From Haplodiscus bocki (taxonomy: Eukaryota), in NCBI GenBank assembly GCA_965655095.1, contig OZ296649.1:131564001-131628000 (forward strand): a stretch of 64,000 bases of DNA, read 5' to 3'. This document shows positions 51,956 through 64,000 of this stretch, piece by piece (the first letter of the stretch is position 1; every line of letters begins with the position of its first letter). The position numbers and the translations under genes were made by a program. The notes under the pieces are model-generated. The model searched no databases and had not been told where the DNA came from. It saw only the letters and a list, made by a program, of their open reading frames with translations.

Positions 51956-54378
51956 GGTGTCAGGTCAAAATCTCCTAAGTTAAAATCTATGTCAAATCTC
52001 CTAAATCATTGAATAAAGTCCTTCGCTCAAGAATTTAAAAAATTGAGCTTAACGCTGAAGTAAATTAGGCGTTGGGTATTGTGGCATTCGGTATCATGGC
52101 ATGTCATCGGTAATCGAAAGCCTCAAAGATTAGTTTTAGAAGCTCAAGGAACGATGCTATATTTTTAGGCGAGCGGAGTGAAGCCTTTTCGCACAAGGAC
52201 ACGTCAAAATGATTTCGTTTTTTTCCCGCCCGTGTCATCCCTCTGCGTTTAATCTCTTTAAATGTGATTTTCGCAGTACCTATTGGTCGGATTCATCCGA
52301 TTTTTATATGAACACTACGACGGGTTCACGATCTATCATCTTTCAAATTTTTGGCCGCCGCATTTTATAAGCGATAGGACTTTCAATTTTCGGACTTTTT
52401 ATAGAGAGAAAACAGTATATTTTTGAGTGCCGCCTTTACAGTAAGCTTCTAAATGCTAATACTTTTGCATTAATTGATGGAACACCATTCAGTTGAGCGG
52501 CGTGCTGTAATCTTTTTTGCCAAAAATAGTTTTTTTTGGCCAGTTTTCGTCAAATAAAGCTGAAATTTTTGAATTTTTTCGAAACAGTTTTTTAACTTTG
52601 ACGCTCTTTTTCTACAAACGTTTTTGGAGAATCCATTTGCTTAGCTTCTTTGGCAACGTCGTTTTCGACCGGGTTGAAATTTTCGTCTCCCGAAAATTTC
52701 CCTCGGGGAGTTTTTTGGCGAAAATAATTGAAAACGCAAATTTTTTCAGAGGGAAAGTGTTACTTTTTCATAATTCTCTGCCCTAATATTTGATGTATGG
52801 CATCCCAATAATGGTTAATCAACGGAATTTGAAGCGGTAGTTGCATTCAGTCTTTACCCGATAATTTTCTGATTTTTCACAATTTTTTGACCGAAAATTT
52901 TGAACAGAAAATTGAATATTCAAGTAAGTTTTTCATTATTCCAAGTTTAGCTCGTTCACCGTGCCTCAAAGTGATGCATGTTATTTGAATTGAGGAACGG
53001 TTTAGGCAATGTGTTTTGCATTGAATTTTCATGCAAGTTTCTACTCTGAGCAATTTTTTTTCATGTATTCATTGCCAAAAATTGTCAAAAATTATGTTTC
53101 CTTAGCTTTTGTCGACATTCCAAAAAACTTTTTATCCAGTTGCAGAAACAATGAAAGTGATATGGGCTTGGTGATGCTCACTGGATTGCCTGGAGAAGCA
53201 ATTGAAAGCGTTTCAGGTTACGTTCGGTCGTAGATGGGTGGTCTCGCCAAGGTACTCTTTGGATGTAGAACATTTGTTTTAATTTGTTCCTGCCCTTCGC
53301 GATAATTTACTACGACTCACATGACCTGCAAAGTTGCCGCAAGTGTGTGTCTCCTTTTATCTCCAGCTTCTTCTGAGTGCCCATTTGACCTCGGGGTTGC
53401 ACCAAAACTCTTCTAGACGAATTTTCTGAGAAAATTCATCGAGAAAACACGGCTTTTCGGCAAGATTTTTGTTTCAGGATTCGTTGTGCTTTACTCAACA
53501 CACAGTTGTGAACTTTTGGAACCTCACTGGTCTGAGACAGAATTTGCTAAACAGCGGCTGGATTCCGCTGACTTATGAGATGACAAAATTTTCTTTCTCA
53601 GCTATATTTTGTTTGAAGTTAGGATAGTTACCTTGAACCTCCGCTGTTATCCCATGGTTGTTTTCTGCCTAGTCTCTCCAGATTTTGCAGCATGCTCTCT
53701 GGCATTGCATAAGCATCTGGTCAGCGTTTTAGTCAAGAAGTTGAGTAACTTCCCGAGGCTTGCGCTAAGCATCTTAGCGCCTATGTTTTTTCTTAGTGAA
53801 AACGCTATTTAATTCGACTTTTCTATTTGTGTCTACATCAGTATATTACTAAATTGCCGCTCAGCATGAATTGTTTGATTTTGGATGAATCTAGATCCCG
53901 AAAAGTCAAATCGCGAAATAAATGTGTTGAAATTGCACAAAAAAAAAACTTGAAAATCACAATTTTCGCCTGCTGCTCATAGGACCATTCGTAGGGAATT
54001 TGTATAACTTTCGGAAAATTTTCCCGTGAAATCCAGTGAAATGTACGCAAAAATTTGAGAAGTTTTCGATTGTACAACTTTTTTGAAAAATTTATGTTTT
54101 CGAGATTTTGACTTCCGAATATGAACATTTTAGAAATGCAACTTGCAATAATATAGGAAAGCTCTGTCGACAAATTATCGGTGTAATTTCTAAACCATTT
54201 TCTTAATTAGTAGCGATTAGTTTACTAGCTAACGTAATCAAGTCGGTGCGTTTTGGCATAAAAATAATTTAGGAGATTTTTACCAAGGAGATTTTGGCAT
54301 AAAGATTTTGACTTTGGAGATTTTGACCTAGGAGATTATAACTCAGGAGATTTTGACTTAGATTTTAACATGTAATCC
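51956..54378. mobile_element. Putative MULE/foldback-like non-autonomous DNA transposon (~2.4 kb) with GG...CC termini, 15-bp subterminal repeats and 8-bp TSD TTTCATTC
   Basis: tttcattc at 51948-51955 is followed by ggtgtcaggtcaaaatctcctaagttaaaatc...aaatctcctaaatcatt. The inverse sequence aataatttaggagatttt...(ggagattttgacct)n...catgtaatcc spans 54263-54378 and is followed by tttcattc at 54379-54386. Confidence 0.7.
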
Positions 54379-54594
54379 TTTCATTCATTTGTATTGTGAG
54401 TATTCCCTCTGTGCTTTCAACATGTGGTAATTGACTCAAATTTTCTGGAATTGCTCAATTTAATTCGCATTTCATTTTCAGCTTTTTCAAAATTATGAGT
54501 CAATTCTGGCTATTTTCGCTCAAATCCATTTTTTAGCATGCAAAATTTTAGCGCTGAATACCTAGCATCCTTGATGCATGTTTTTCTCTTGGGA

Positions 54595-54663
54595 TTATGT
54601 CAGTCTATCGGAGGACAAGTGCCCCAAACTTGCAGGTTGCGGTTCGAATCTCAACTTGAGCCA
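54595..54663 (+). other. tRNA-derived segment with a Pol III B box; one per 2,685-bp unit
   Basis: GGTTCGAATCT at 54641-54651, followed by ...gagcca. No intact cloverleaf. Confidence 0.45.
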
Positions 54664-54698
54664 ACTGAAAACATCTTCCATTTGGTACCGAGTGAGAG

Positions 54699-54826
54699 CC
54701 CGGGTTGACAGCCATAGTCAAACATGACGATCATACTATGATATGGTATGATCTTGGTGATTCATATTCGCCATGGTATGATCATGGCAAGATCATGCCA
54801 TGGCAGCTATGTTTTTCCAACTCGGG
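54699..54826. mobile_element. 128-bp CCC...GGG mini-element with 2-bp AG flanks and ATGATCAT/CCATGG palindromic repeats; one per 2,685-bp unit
   Basis: ag|cccgggttga ... ccaactcggg|ag, with termini like those of the 41640-42306 element. Confidence 0.6.
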
Positions 54827-57800
54827 AGGGGCATCGATTCAAGAACACCAAAAACAAGCCAGCAGTATGAATTCGAATCCCATTTTGTTCCAAAACTTAG
54901 TTCACAAAAATTTGTATCAGCACCCGAACGAGAACTCCCAGAAAACCTGTGGTGGTGTCTAAAGATGCATCAAGGTACGTGCCCTGTTTTTGAGGAAATT
55001 AGATCCTTTTTCTGAAAAATGGAAGTGGCATTCGGAAAAATGCCTGTATTTGCGAATGAAATTACTTCGGTGTTTGAAAATTTTTCGGGATCCGCATCAA
55101 AATATATTCTACATGCGGCTCATGTGTGTTGGATGAAAGAGACAAAGGTTATTTAAGCTTCGAATAATGAGCTGAAATTTTCCTTTTGAATGACATGCAA
55201 ACATTGTTCAATTTGTTGTTTTCAAAGGGAAAACATGTTAGATCTTCATGTAATTGGTGTACGATTTGATGAGATGCATGTCGGTATCATCACTGGCGAC
55301 CACATTCTTTGAAGTGCTGTATACTTTCTCACTTCCATTTTGACAGGGAGATACCAACGATTATAAATGAGAGACTGAATTTAGTGGGAAATAGTTGTAT
55401 AGAATTTTATCGAGTTGAAATGGGTATATGTTAATATTATTGTATCGAACTAACCAAACAAAAAATTTCACCTGAAAAGCATGTAACAGTTGCGAATTTT
55501 CATGTACAGTACTGTGATAAAGAAATGGAACATAAGGCTGTGAAAAAGAAATGGGGCACTTTAGTTTTCGTCGTTTTATAGTCAATATAGGCAAGTTATC
55601 CAGGGTTTAATTCACACAACCTATTCTTATTGTTTGCCTTTCAAGATTTGTGCTTATTAAATTGATCTCAAAAGCTTGAACGTCCTGAAATTAGATGGTT
55701 TGCAAACCCCTCCTAAACTGTGTTTTCTTACAATTTTCTTTTAGAATCTCATATTTGCTCCTGTAAGAAATTATGTTTTCAATTTCTTTTGGTACGAGCC
55801 GATATCTTATCGCTTTGCGGGCATTGTAGTGTATTTGAATTTTTGAAATTGCCAAAAATTGCAGAGAATCGACAATTTTCATGCAAAAAGTGCTATACCC
55901 TATCTTAATACATGTAAAAGCAAATTTCTCTGTCTAAACAGTCGATTTTCATAAAAATGACAGGTTTTTTCAGGTTAGAAAGCACTTTCTGCCTATCAAA
56001 AGTTGAGGGATGTTGGTCTCGAAGAAGAATTTTTTCCCCAAATGGATTAAAATGCATTACATATGTCAAGATTTTTAAAAAATGTCGGCTCCAGGAGTAA
56101 AACTGCGAGTCCCTGTCTTCTTTTGTATCGATCTAATTTTTTTCAAACAAAAACCATTGTAATCTACGTAAAAAATTAAGAAGCTTTTGTTTCTGAAACT
56201 TCCTTGTAAGTCTGCTAGATTTTTAGATATTCAGCTGTCCTATTTCTTTTTTACAGCCTCATAGTCCATTTCTTTATCACAGTATTGTATGTGTCAATGC
56301 CTTTTAAATGCGGGCCATAAAACCTCCGCTGTTATCCCATGGTTGTTTTCTGCCTAGTCTCTCCAGATTTTGCAGCATGCTCTCTGGCATTGCATAAGCA
56401 TCTGGTCAGCGTTTTAGTCAAGAAGTTGAGTAACTTCCCGAGGCTTGCGCTAAGCATCTTAGCGCCTATGTTTTTTCTTAGTGAAAACGCTATTTAATTC
56501 GACTTTTCTATTTGTGTCTACATCAGTATATTACTAAATTGCCGCTCAGCATGAATTGTTTGATTTTGGATGAATCTAGATCCCGAAAAGTCAAATCGCG
56601 AAATAAATGTGTTGAAATTGCACAAAAAAAAAACTTGAAAATCACAATTTTCGCCTGCTGCTCATAGGACCATTCGTAGGGAATTTGTATAACTTTCGGA
56701 AAATTTTCCCGTGAAATCCAGTGAAATGTACGCAAAAATTTGAGAAGTTTTCGATTGTACAACTTTTTTGAAAAATTTATGTTTTCGAGATTTTGACTTC
56801 CGAATATGAACATTTTAGAAATGCAACTTGCAATAATATAGGAAAGCTCTGTCGACAAATTATCGGTGTAATTTCTAAACCATTTTCTTAATTAGTAGCG
56901 ATTAGTTTACTAGCTAACGTAATCAAGTCGGTACGTTTTGGCATAAAAATAATTTAGGAGATTTTTACCAGGGAGATTTTGGCATAAAGATTTTGACTTT
57001 GGAGATTTTGACCTAGGAGATTATAACTCAGGAGATTTTGACTTAGATTTTAACATGTAATCCTTTCATTCATTTGTATTGTGAGTATTCCCTCTGTGCT
57101 TTCAACATGTGGTAATTGACTCAAATTTTCTGGAATTGCTCAATTTAATTCGCATTTCATTTTCAGCTTTTTCAAAATTATGAGTCAATTCTGGCTATTT
57201 TCGCTCAAATCCATTTTTTAGCATGCAAAATTTTAGCGCTGAATACCTAGCATCCTTGATGCATGTTTTTCTCTTGGGATTATGTCAGTCTATCGGAGGA
57301 CAAGTGCCCCAAACTTGCAGGTTGCGGTTCGAATCTCAACTTGAGCCAACTGAAAACATCTTCCATTTGGTACCGAGTGAGAGCCCGGGTTGACAGCCAT
57401 AGTCAAACATGACGATCATACTATGATATGGTATGATCTTGGTGATTCATATTCGCCATGGTATGATCATGGCAAGATCATGCCATGGTAGCTATGTTTT
57501 TCCAACTCGGGAGGGGCATCGATTCAAGAACACCAAAAACCAGCCAGCAGTATGAATTCGAATCCCATTTTGTTCCAAAACTTAGTTCACAAAAATTTGT
57601 ATCAGCACCCGAACGAGAACTCCCAGAAAACCTGTGGTGGTGTCTAAAGATGCATCAAGGTACGTGCCCTGTTTTTGAGGAAATTAGATCCTTTTTCTGA
57701 AAAATGGAAGTGGCATTCGGAAAAATGCCTGTATTTGCGAATGAAATTACTTCGGTGTTTGAAAATTTTTCGGGATCCGCATCAAAATATATTCTACATG

Positions 57801-60800
57801 CGGCTCATGTGTGTTGGATGAAAGAGACAAAGGTTATTTAAGCTTCGAATAATGAGCTGAAATTTTCCTTTTGAATGACATGCAAACATTGTTCAATTTG
57901 TTGTTTTCAAAGGGAAAACATGTTAGATCTTCATGTAATTGGTGTACGATTTGATGAGATGCATGTCGGTATCATCACTGGCGACCACATTCTTTGAAGT
58001 GCTGTATACTTTCTCACTTCCATTTTGACAGGGAGATACCAACGATTATAAATGAGAGACTGAATTTAGTGGGAAATAGTTGTATAGAATTTTATCGAGT
58101 TGAAATGGGTATATGTTAATATTATTGTATCGAACTAACCAAACAAAAAATTTCACCTGAAAAGTATGTAACAGTTGCGAATTTTCATGTACAGTACTGT
58201 GATAAAGAAATGGAACATAAGGCTGTGAAAAAGAAATGGGGCACTTTAGTTTTCGTCGTTTTATAGTCAATATAGGCAAGTTATCCAGGGTTTAATTCAC
58301 ACAACCTATTCTTATTGTTTGCCTTTCAAGATTTGTGCTTATTAAATTGATCTCAAAAGCTTGAACGTCCTGAAATTAGATGGTTTGCAAACCCCTCCTA
58401 AACTGTGTTTTCTTACAATTTTCTTTTAGAATCTCATATTTGCTCCTGTAAGAAATTATGTTTTCAATTTCTTTTGGTACGAGCCGATATCTTATCGCTT
58501 TGCGGGCATTGTAGTGTATTTGATTTTTTGAAATTGCCAAAAATTGCAGAGAATCGACAAGTTTCATGCAAAAAGTGCTATACCCTATCTTAATACATGT
58601 AAAAGCAAATTTCTCTGTCTAAACAGTCGATTTTCATAAAAATGACAGGTTTTTTCAGGTTAGAAAGCACTTTCTGCCTATCAAAAGTTGAGGGATGTTG
58701 GTCTCGAAGAAGAATTTTTTCCCCAAATGGATTAAAATGCATTACATATGTCAAGATTTTTAAAAAATGTCGGCTCCAGGAGTAAAACTGCGAGTCCCTG
58801 TCTTCTTTTGTATCGATCTAATTTTTTTCAAACAAAAACCATTGTAATCTACGTAAAAAATTAAGAAGCTTTTGTTTCTGAAACTTCCTTGTAAGTCTGC
58901 TAGATTTTTAGATATTCAGCTGTCCTATTTCTTTTTTACAGCCTCATAGTCCATTTCTTTATCACAGTATTGTATGTGTCAATGCCTTTTAAATGCGGGC
59001 CATAAAACCTCCGCTGTTATCCCATGGTTGTTTTCTGCCTAGTCTCTCCAGATTTTGCAGCATGCTCTCTGGCATTGCATAAGCATCTGGTCAGCGTTTT
59101 AGTCAAGAAGTTGAGTAACTTCCCGAGGCTTGCGCTAAGCATCTTAGCGCCTATGTTTTTTCTTAGTGAAAACGCTATTTAATTCGACTTTTCTATTTGT
59201 GTCTACATCAGTATATTACTAAATTGCCGCTCAGCATGAATTGTTTGATTTTGGATGAATCTAGATCCCGAAAAGTCAAATCGCGAAATAAATGTGTTGA
59301 AATTGCACAAAAAAAAAACTTGAAAATCACAATTTTCGCCTGCTGCTCATAGGACCATTCGTAGGGAATTTGTATAACTTTCGGAAAATTTTCCCGTGAA
59401 ATCCAGTGAAATGTACGCAAAAATTTGAGAAGTTTTCGATTGTACAACTTTTTTGAAAAATTTATGTTTTCGAGATTTTGACTTCCGAATATGAACATTT
59501 TAGAAATGCAACTTGCAATAATATAGGAAAGCTCTGTCGACAAATTATCGGTGTAATTTCTAAACCATTTTCTTAATTAGTAGCGATTAGTTTACTAGCT
59601 AACGTAATCAAGTCGGTGCGTTTTGGCATAAAAATAATTTAGGAGATTTTTACCAAGGAGATTTTGGCATAAAGATTTTGACTTTGGAGATTTTGACCTA
59701 GGAGATTATAACTCAGGAGATTTTGACTTAGATTTTAACATGTAATCCTTTCATTCATTTGTATTGTGAGTATTCCCTCTGTGCTTTCAACATGTGGTAA
59801 TTGACTCAAATTTTCTGGAATTGCTCAATTTAATTCGCATTTCATTTTCAGCTTTTTCAAAATTATGAGTCAATTCTGGCTATTTTCGCTCAAATCCATT
59901 TTTTAGCATGCAAAATTTTAGCGCTGAATACCTAGCATCCTTGATGCATGTTTTTCTCTTGGGATTATGTCAGTCTATCGGAGGACAAGTGCCCCAAACT
60001 TGCAGGTTGCGGTTCGAATCTCAACTTGAGCCAACTGAAAACATCTTCCATTTGGTACCGAGTGAGAGCCCGGGTTGACAGCCATAGTCAAACATGACGA
60101 TCATACTATGATATGGTATGATCTTGGTGATTCATATTCGCCATGGTATGATCATGGCAAGATCATGCCATGGTAGCTATGTTTTTCCAACTCGGGAGGG
60201 GCATCGATTCAAGAACACCAAAAACCAGCCAGCAGTATGAATTCGAATCCCATTTTGTTCCAAAACTTAGTTCACAAAAATTTGTATCAGCACCCGAACG
60301 AGAACTCCCAGAAAACCTGTGGTGGTGTCTAAAGATGCATCAAGGTACGTGCCCTGTTTTTGAGGAAATTAGATCCTTTTTCTGAAAAATGGAAGTGGCA
60401 TTCGGAAAAATGCCTGTATTTGCGAATGAAATTACTTCGGTGTTTGAAAATTTTTCGGGATCCGCATCAAAATATATTCTACATGCGGCTCATGTGTGTT
60501 GGATGAAAGAGACAAAGGTTATTTAAGCTTCGAATAATGAGCTGAAATTTTCCTTTTGAATGACATGCAAACATTGTTCAATTTGTTGTTTTCAAAGGGA
60601 AAACATGTTAGATCTTCATGTAATTGGTGTACGATTTGATGAGATGCATGTCGGTATCATCACTGGCGACCACATTCTTTGAAGTGCTGTATACTTTCTC
60701 ACTTCCATTTTGACAGGGAGATGCCAACGATTATAAATGAGAGACTGAATTTAGTGGGAAATAGTTGTATAGAATTTTATCGAGTTGAAATGGGTATATG

Positions 60801-63800
60801 TTAATATTATTGTATCGAACTAACCAAACAAAAAATTTCACCTGAAAAGTATGTAACAGTTGCGAATTTTCATGTACAGTACTGTGATAAAGAAATGGAA
60901 CATAAGGCTGTGAAAAAGAAATGGGGCACTTTAGTTTTCGTCGTTTTATAGTCAATATAGGCAAGTTATCCAGGGTTTAATTCACACAACCTATTCTTAT
61001 TGTTTGCCTTTCAAGATTTGTGCTTATTAAATTGATCTCAAAAGCTTGAACGTCCTGAAATTAGATGGTTTGCAAACCCCTCCTAAACTGTGTTTTCTTA
61101 CAATTTTCTTTTAGAATCTCATATTTGCTCCTGTAAGAAATTATGTTTTCAATTTCTTTTGGTACGAGCCGATATCTTATCGCTTTGCGGGCATTGTAGT
61201 GTATTTGATTTTTTGAAATTGCCAAAAATTGCAGAGAATCGACAAGTTTCATGCAAAAAGTGCTATACCCTATCTTAATACATGTAAAAGCAAATTTCTC
61301 TGTCTAAACAGTCGATTTTCATAAAAATGACAGGTTTTTTCAGGTTAGAAAGCACTTTCTGCCTATCAAAAGTTGAGGGATGTTGGTCTCGAAGAAGAAT
61401 TTTTTCCCCAAATGGATTAAAATGCATTACATATGTCAAGATTTTTAAAAAATGTCGGCTCCAGGAGTAAAACTGCGAGTCCCTGTCTTCTTTTGTATCG
61501 ATCTAATTTTTTTTCAAACAAAAACCATTGTAATCTACGTAAAAAATTAAGAAACTTTTGTTTCTGAAACTTCCTTGTAAGTCCGCTAGATTTTTAGATA
61601 TTCAGCTGTCCTATTTCTTTTTTACAGCCTCATAGTCCATTTCTTTATCACAGTATTGTATGTGTCAATGCCTTTTAAATGCGGGCCATAAAACCTCCGC
61701 TGTTATCCCATGGTTGTTTTCTGCCTAGTCTCTCCAGATTTTGCAGCATGCTCTCTGGCATTGCATAAGCATCTGGTCAGCGTTTTAGTCAAGAAGTTGA
61801 GTAACTTCCCGAGGCTTGCGCTAAGCATCTTAGCGCCTATGTTTTTTCTTAGTGAAAACGCTATTTAATTCGACTTTTCTATTTGTGTCTACATCAGTAT
61901 ATTACTAAATTGCCGCTCAGCATGAATTGTTTGATTTTGGATGAATCTAGATCCCGAAAAGTCAAATCGCGAAATAAATTTGTTGAAATTGCACAAAAAA
62001 AACTTGAAAATCACAATTTTCGCCTGCTGCTCATAGGACCATTCGTAGGGAATTTGTAAAACTTTCGGAAAATTTTCCCGTGAAATCCAGTGAAATGTAC
62101 GCAAAAATTTGAGAAGTTTTCGATTGTACAACTTTTTTGAAAAATTTATGTTTTCGAGATTTTGACTTCCGAATATGTACATTTTAGAAATGCAACTTGC
62201 AATAATATAGGAAAGCTCTGTCGACAAATTATCGGTGTAATTTCTAAACCATTTTCTTAATTAGTAGCGATTAGTTTACTAGCTAACGTAATCAAGTCGG
62301 TGCGTTTTGGCATAAAAATAATTTAGGAGATTTTTACCAAGGAGATTTTGGCATAAAGATTTTGACTTTGGAGATTTTGACCTAGGAGATTATAACTCAG
62401 GAGATTTTGACTTAGATTTTAACATGTAATCCTTTCATTCATTTGAATTGTGAGTATTCCCTCTGTGCTTTCAACATGTGGTAATTGACTCAAATTTTCT
62501 GGAATTGCTCAATTTAATTCGGATTTCATTTTCAGCTTTTTCAAAATTATGAGTCAATTCTGGCTATTTTCGCTCAAATCCATTTTTTAGCATGCAAAAT
62601 TTTAGCGCTGAATACCTAGCATCCTTGATGCATGTTTTTCTCTTGGGATTATGTCAGTCTATCGGAGGACAAGTGCCCCAAACTTGCAGGTTGCGGTTCG
62701 AATCTCAACTTGAGCCAACTGAAAACATCTTCCATTTGGTACCGAGTGAGAGCCCGGGTTGACAGCCATAGTCAAACATGACGATCATACTATGATATGG
62801 TATGATCTTGGTGATTCATATTCGCCATGGTATGATCATGGCAAGATCATGCCATGGCAGCTATGTTTTTCCAACTCGGGAGGGGCATCGATTCAAGAAC
62901 ACCAAAAACAAGCCAGCAGTATGAATTCGAATCCCATTTTGTTCCAAAACTTAGTTCACAAAAATTTGTATCAGCACCCGAACGAGAACTCCCAGAAAAC
63001 CTGTGGTGGTGTCTAAAGATGCATCAAGGTACGTGCCCTGTTTTTGAGGAAATTAGATCCTTTTTCTGAAAAATGGAAGTGGCATTCGGAAAAATGCCTG
63101 TATTTGCGAATGAAATTACTTCGGTGTTTGAAAATTTTTCGGGATCCGCATCAAAATATATTCTACATGCGGCTCATGTGTGTTGGATGAAAGAGACAAA
63201 GGTTATTTAAGCTTCGAATAATGAGCTGAAATTTTCCTTTTGAATGACATGCAAACATTGTTCAATTTGTTGTTTTCAAAGGGAAAACATGTTAGATCTT
63301 CATGTAATTGGTGTACGATTTGATGAGATGCATGTCGGTATCATCACTGGCGACCACATTCTTTGAAGTGCTGTATACTTTCTCACTTCCATTTTGACAG
63401 GGAGATACCAACGATTATAAATGAGAGACTGAATTTAGTGGGAAATAGTTGTATAGAATTTTATCGAGTTGAAATGGGTATATGTTAATATTATTGTATC
63501 GAACTAACCAAACAAAAAATTTCACCTGAAAAGTATGTAACAGTTGCGAATTTTCATGTACAGTACTGTGATAAAGAAATGGAACATAAGGCTGTGAAAA
63601 AGAAATGGGGCACTTTAGTTTTCGTCGTTTTATAGTCAATATAGGCAAGTTATCCAGGGTTTAATTCACACAACCTATTCTTATTGTTTGCCTTTCAAGA
63701 TTTGTGCTTATTAAATTGATCTCAAAAGCTTGAACGTCCTGAAATTAGATGGTTTGCAAACCCCTCCTAAACTGTGTTTTCTTACAATTTTCTTTTAGAA

Positions 63801-64000
63801 TCTCATATTTGCTCCTGTAAGAAATTATGTTTTCAATTTCTTTTGGTACGAGCCGATATCTTATCGCTTTGCGGGCATTGTAGTGTATTTGATTTTTTGA
63901 AATTGCCAAAAATTGCAGAGAATCGACAAGTTTCATGCAAAAAGTGCTATACCCTATCTTAATACATGTAAAAGCAAATTTCTCTGTCTAAACAGTCGAT

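Larger units (their letters stand above)
53636..64000. repeat. Tandem array of a 2,685-bp unit: three full copies plus most of a fourth, continuing past the window end
   Basis: aacctccgctgttatccc starts at 53636, 56321, 59006 and 61692. ORFs recur at 2685-bp offsets and the copies differ at only a few sites. Confidence 0.98.

Noticed and set aside
53315-53415. Possible minus-strand exon ending at a gtgagt donor
   Set aside because: Its open frames are not phase-compatible with the candidate exon at 51429-51569, and it lies inside a putative transposon.
53838-63962. Repeated short ORFs in the 2,685-bp unit as real genes
   Set aside because: No recognisable motifs; they overlap MITE or low-complexity DNA and recur only because of the DNA repeat.

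Overview
AT-rich eukaryotic, probably invertebrate animal, genomic DNA; inferred from spliced exons, MITEs and tRNA-derived repeats. (1) Positions 1-~21.2 kb hold a decayed Polinton/Maverick (adintovirus-like) endogenous virus. A ~2,016-bp internal segment of it is amplified into at least 8 head-to-tail copies (1-16623). Each copy carries an HNH-endonuclease pseudogene, a retroviral-type integrase pseudogene lacking its catalytic D..D region, and a Zn-ribbon gene. The array runs out into a second, paralogous Zn-ribbon gene and a full-length but disabled protein-primed family B DNA polymerase (17143-20997). (2) Positions ~24-46 kb hold a + strand host gene made of low-complexity exons that join in frame and end in a C-terminal transmembrane helix. 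Its putative introns contain an old ~170-bp satellite, MITEs and tRNA-derived repeats. (3) Positions 47.9-50.1 kb are a foldback element with an internal ~945-bp duplication. (4) Positions 51.9-54.4 kb are a TIR element with an 8-bp TSD, nested inside an older element with inverted tRNA-like arms. (5) Positions 53636-64000 are a second large tandem array (2,685-bp unit) that amplifies the right end of that transposon plus flanking DNA. All family assignments come from motif recognition by eye, not database searches.
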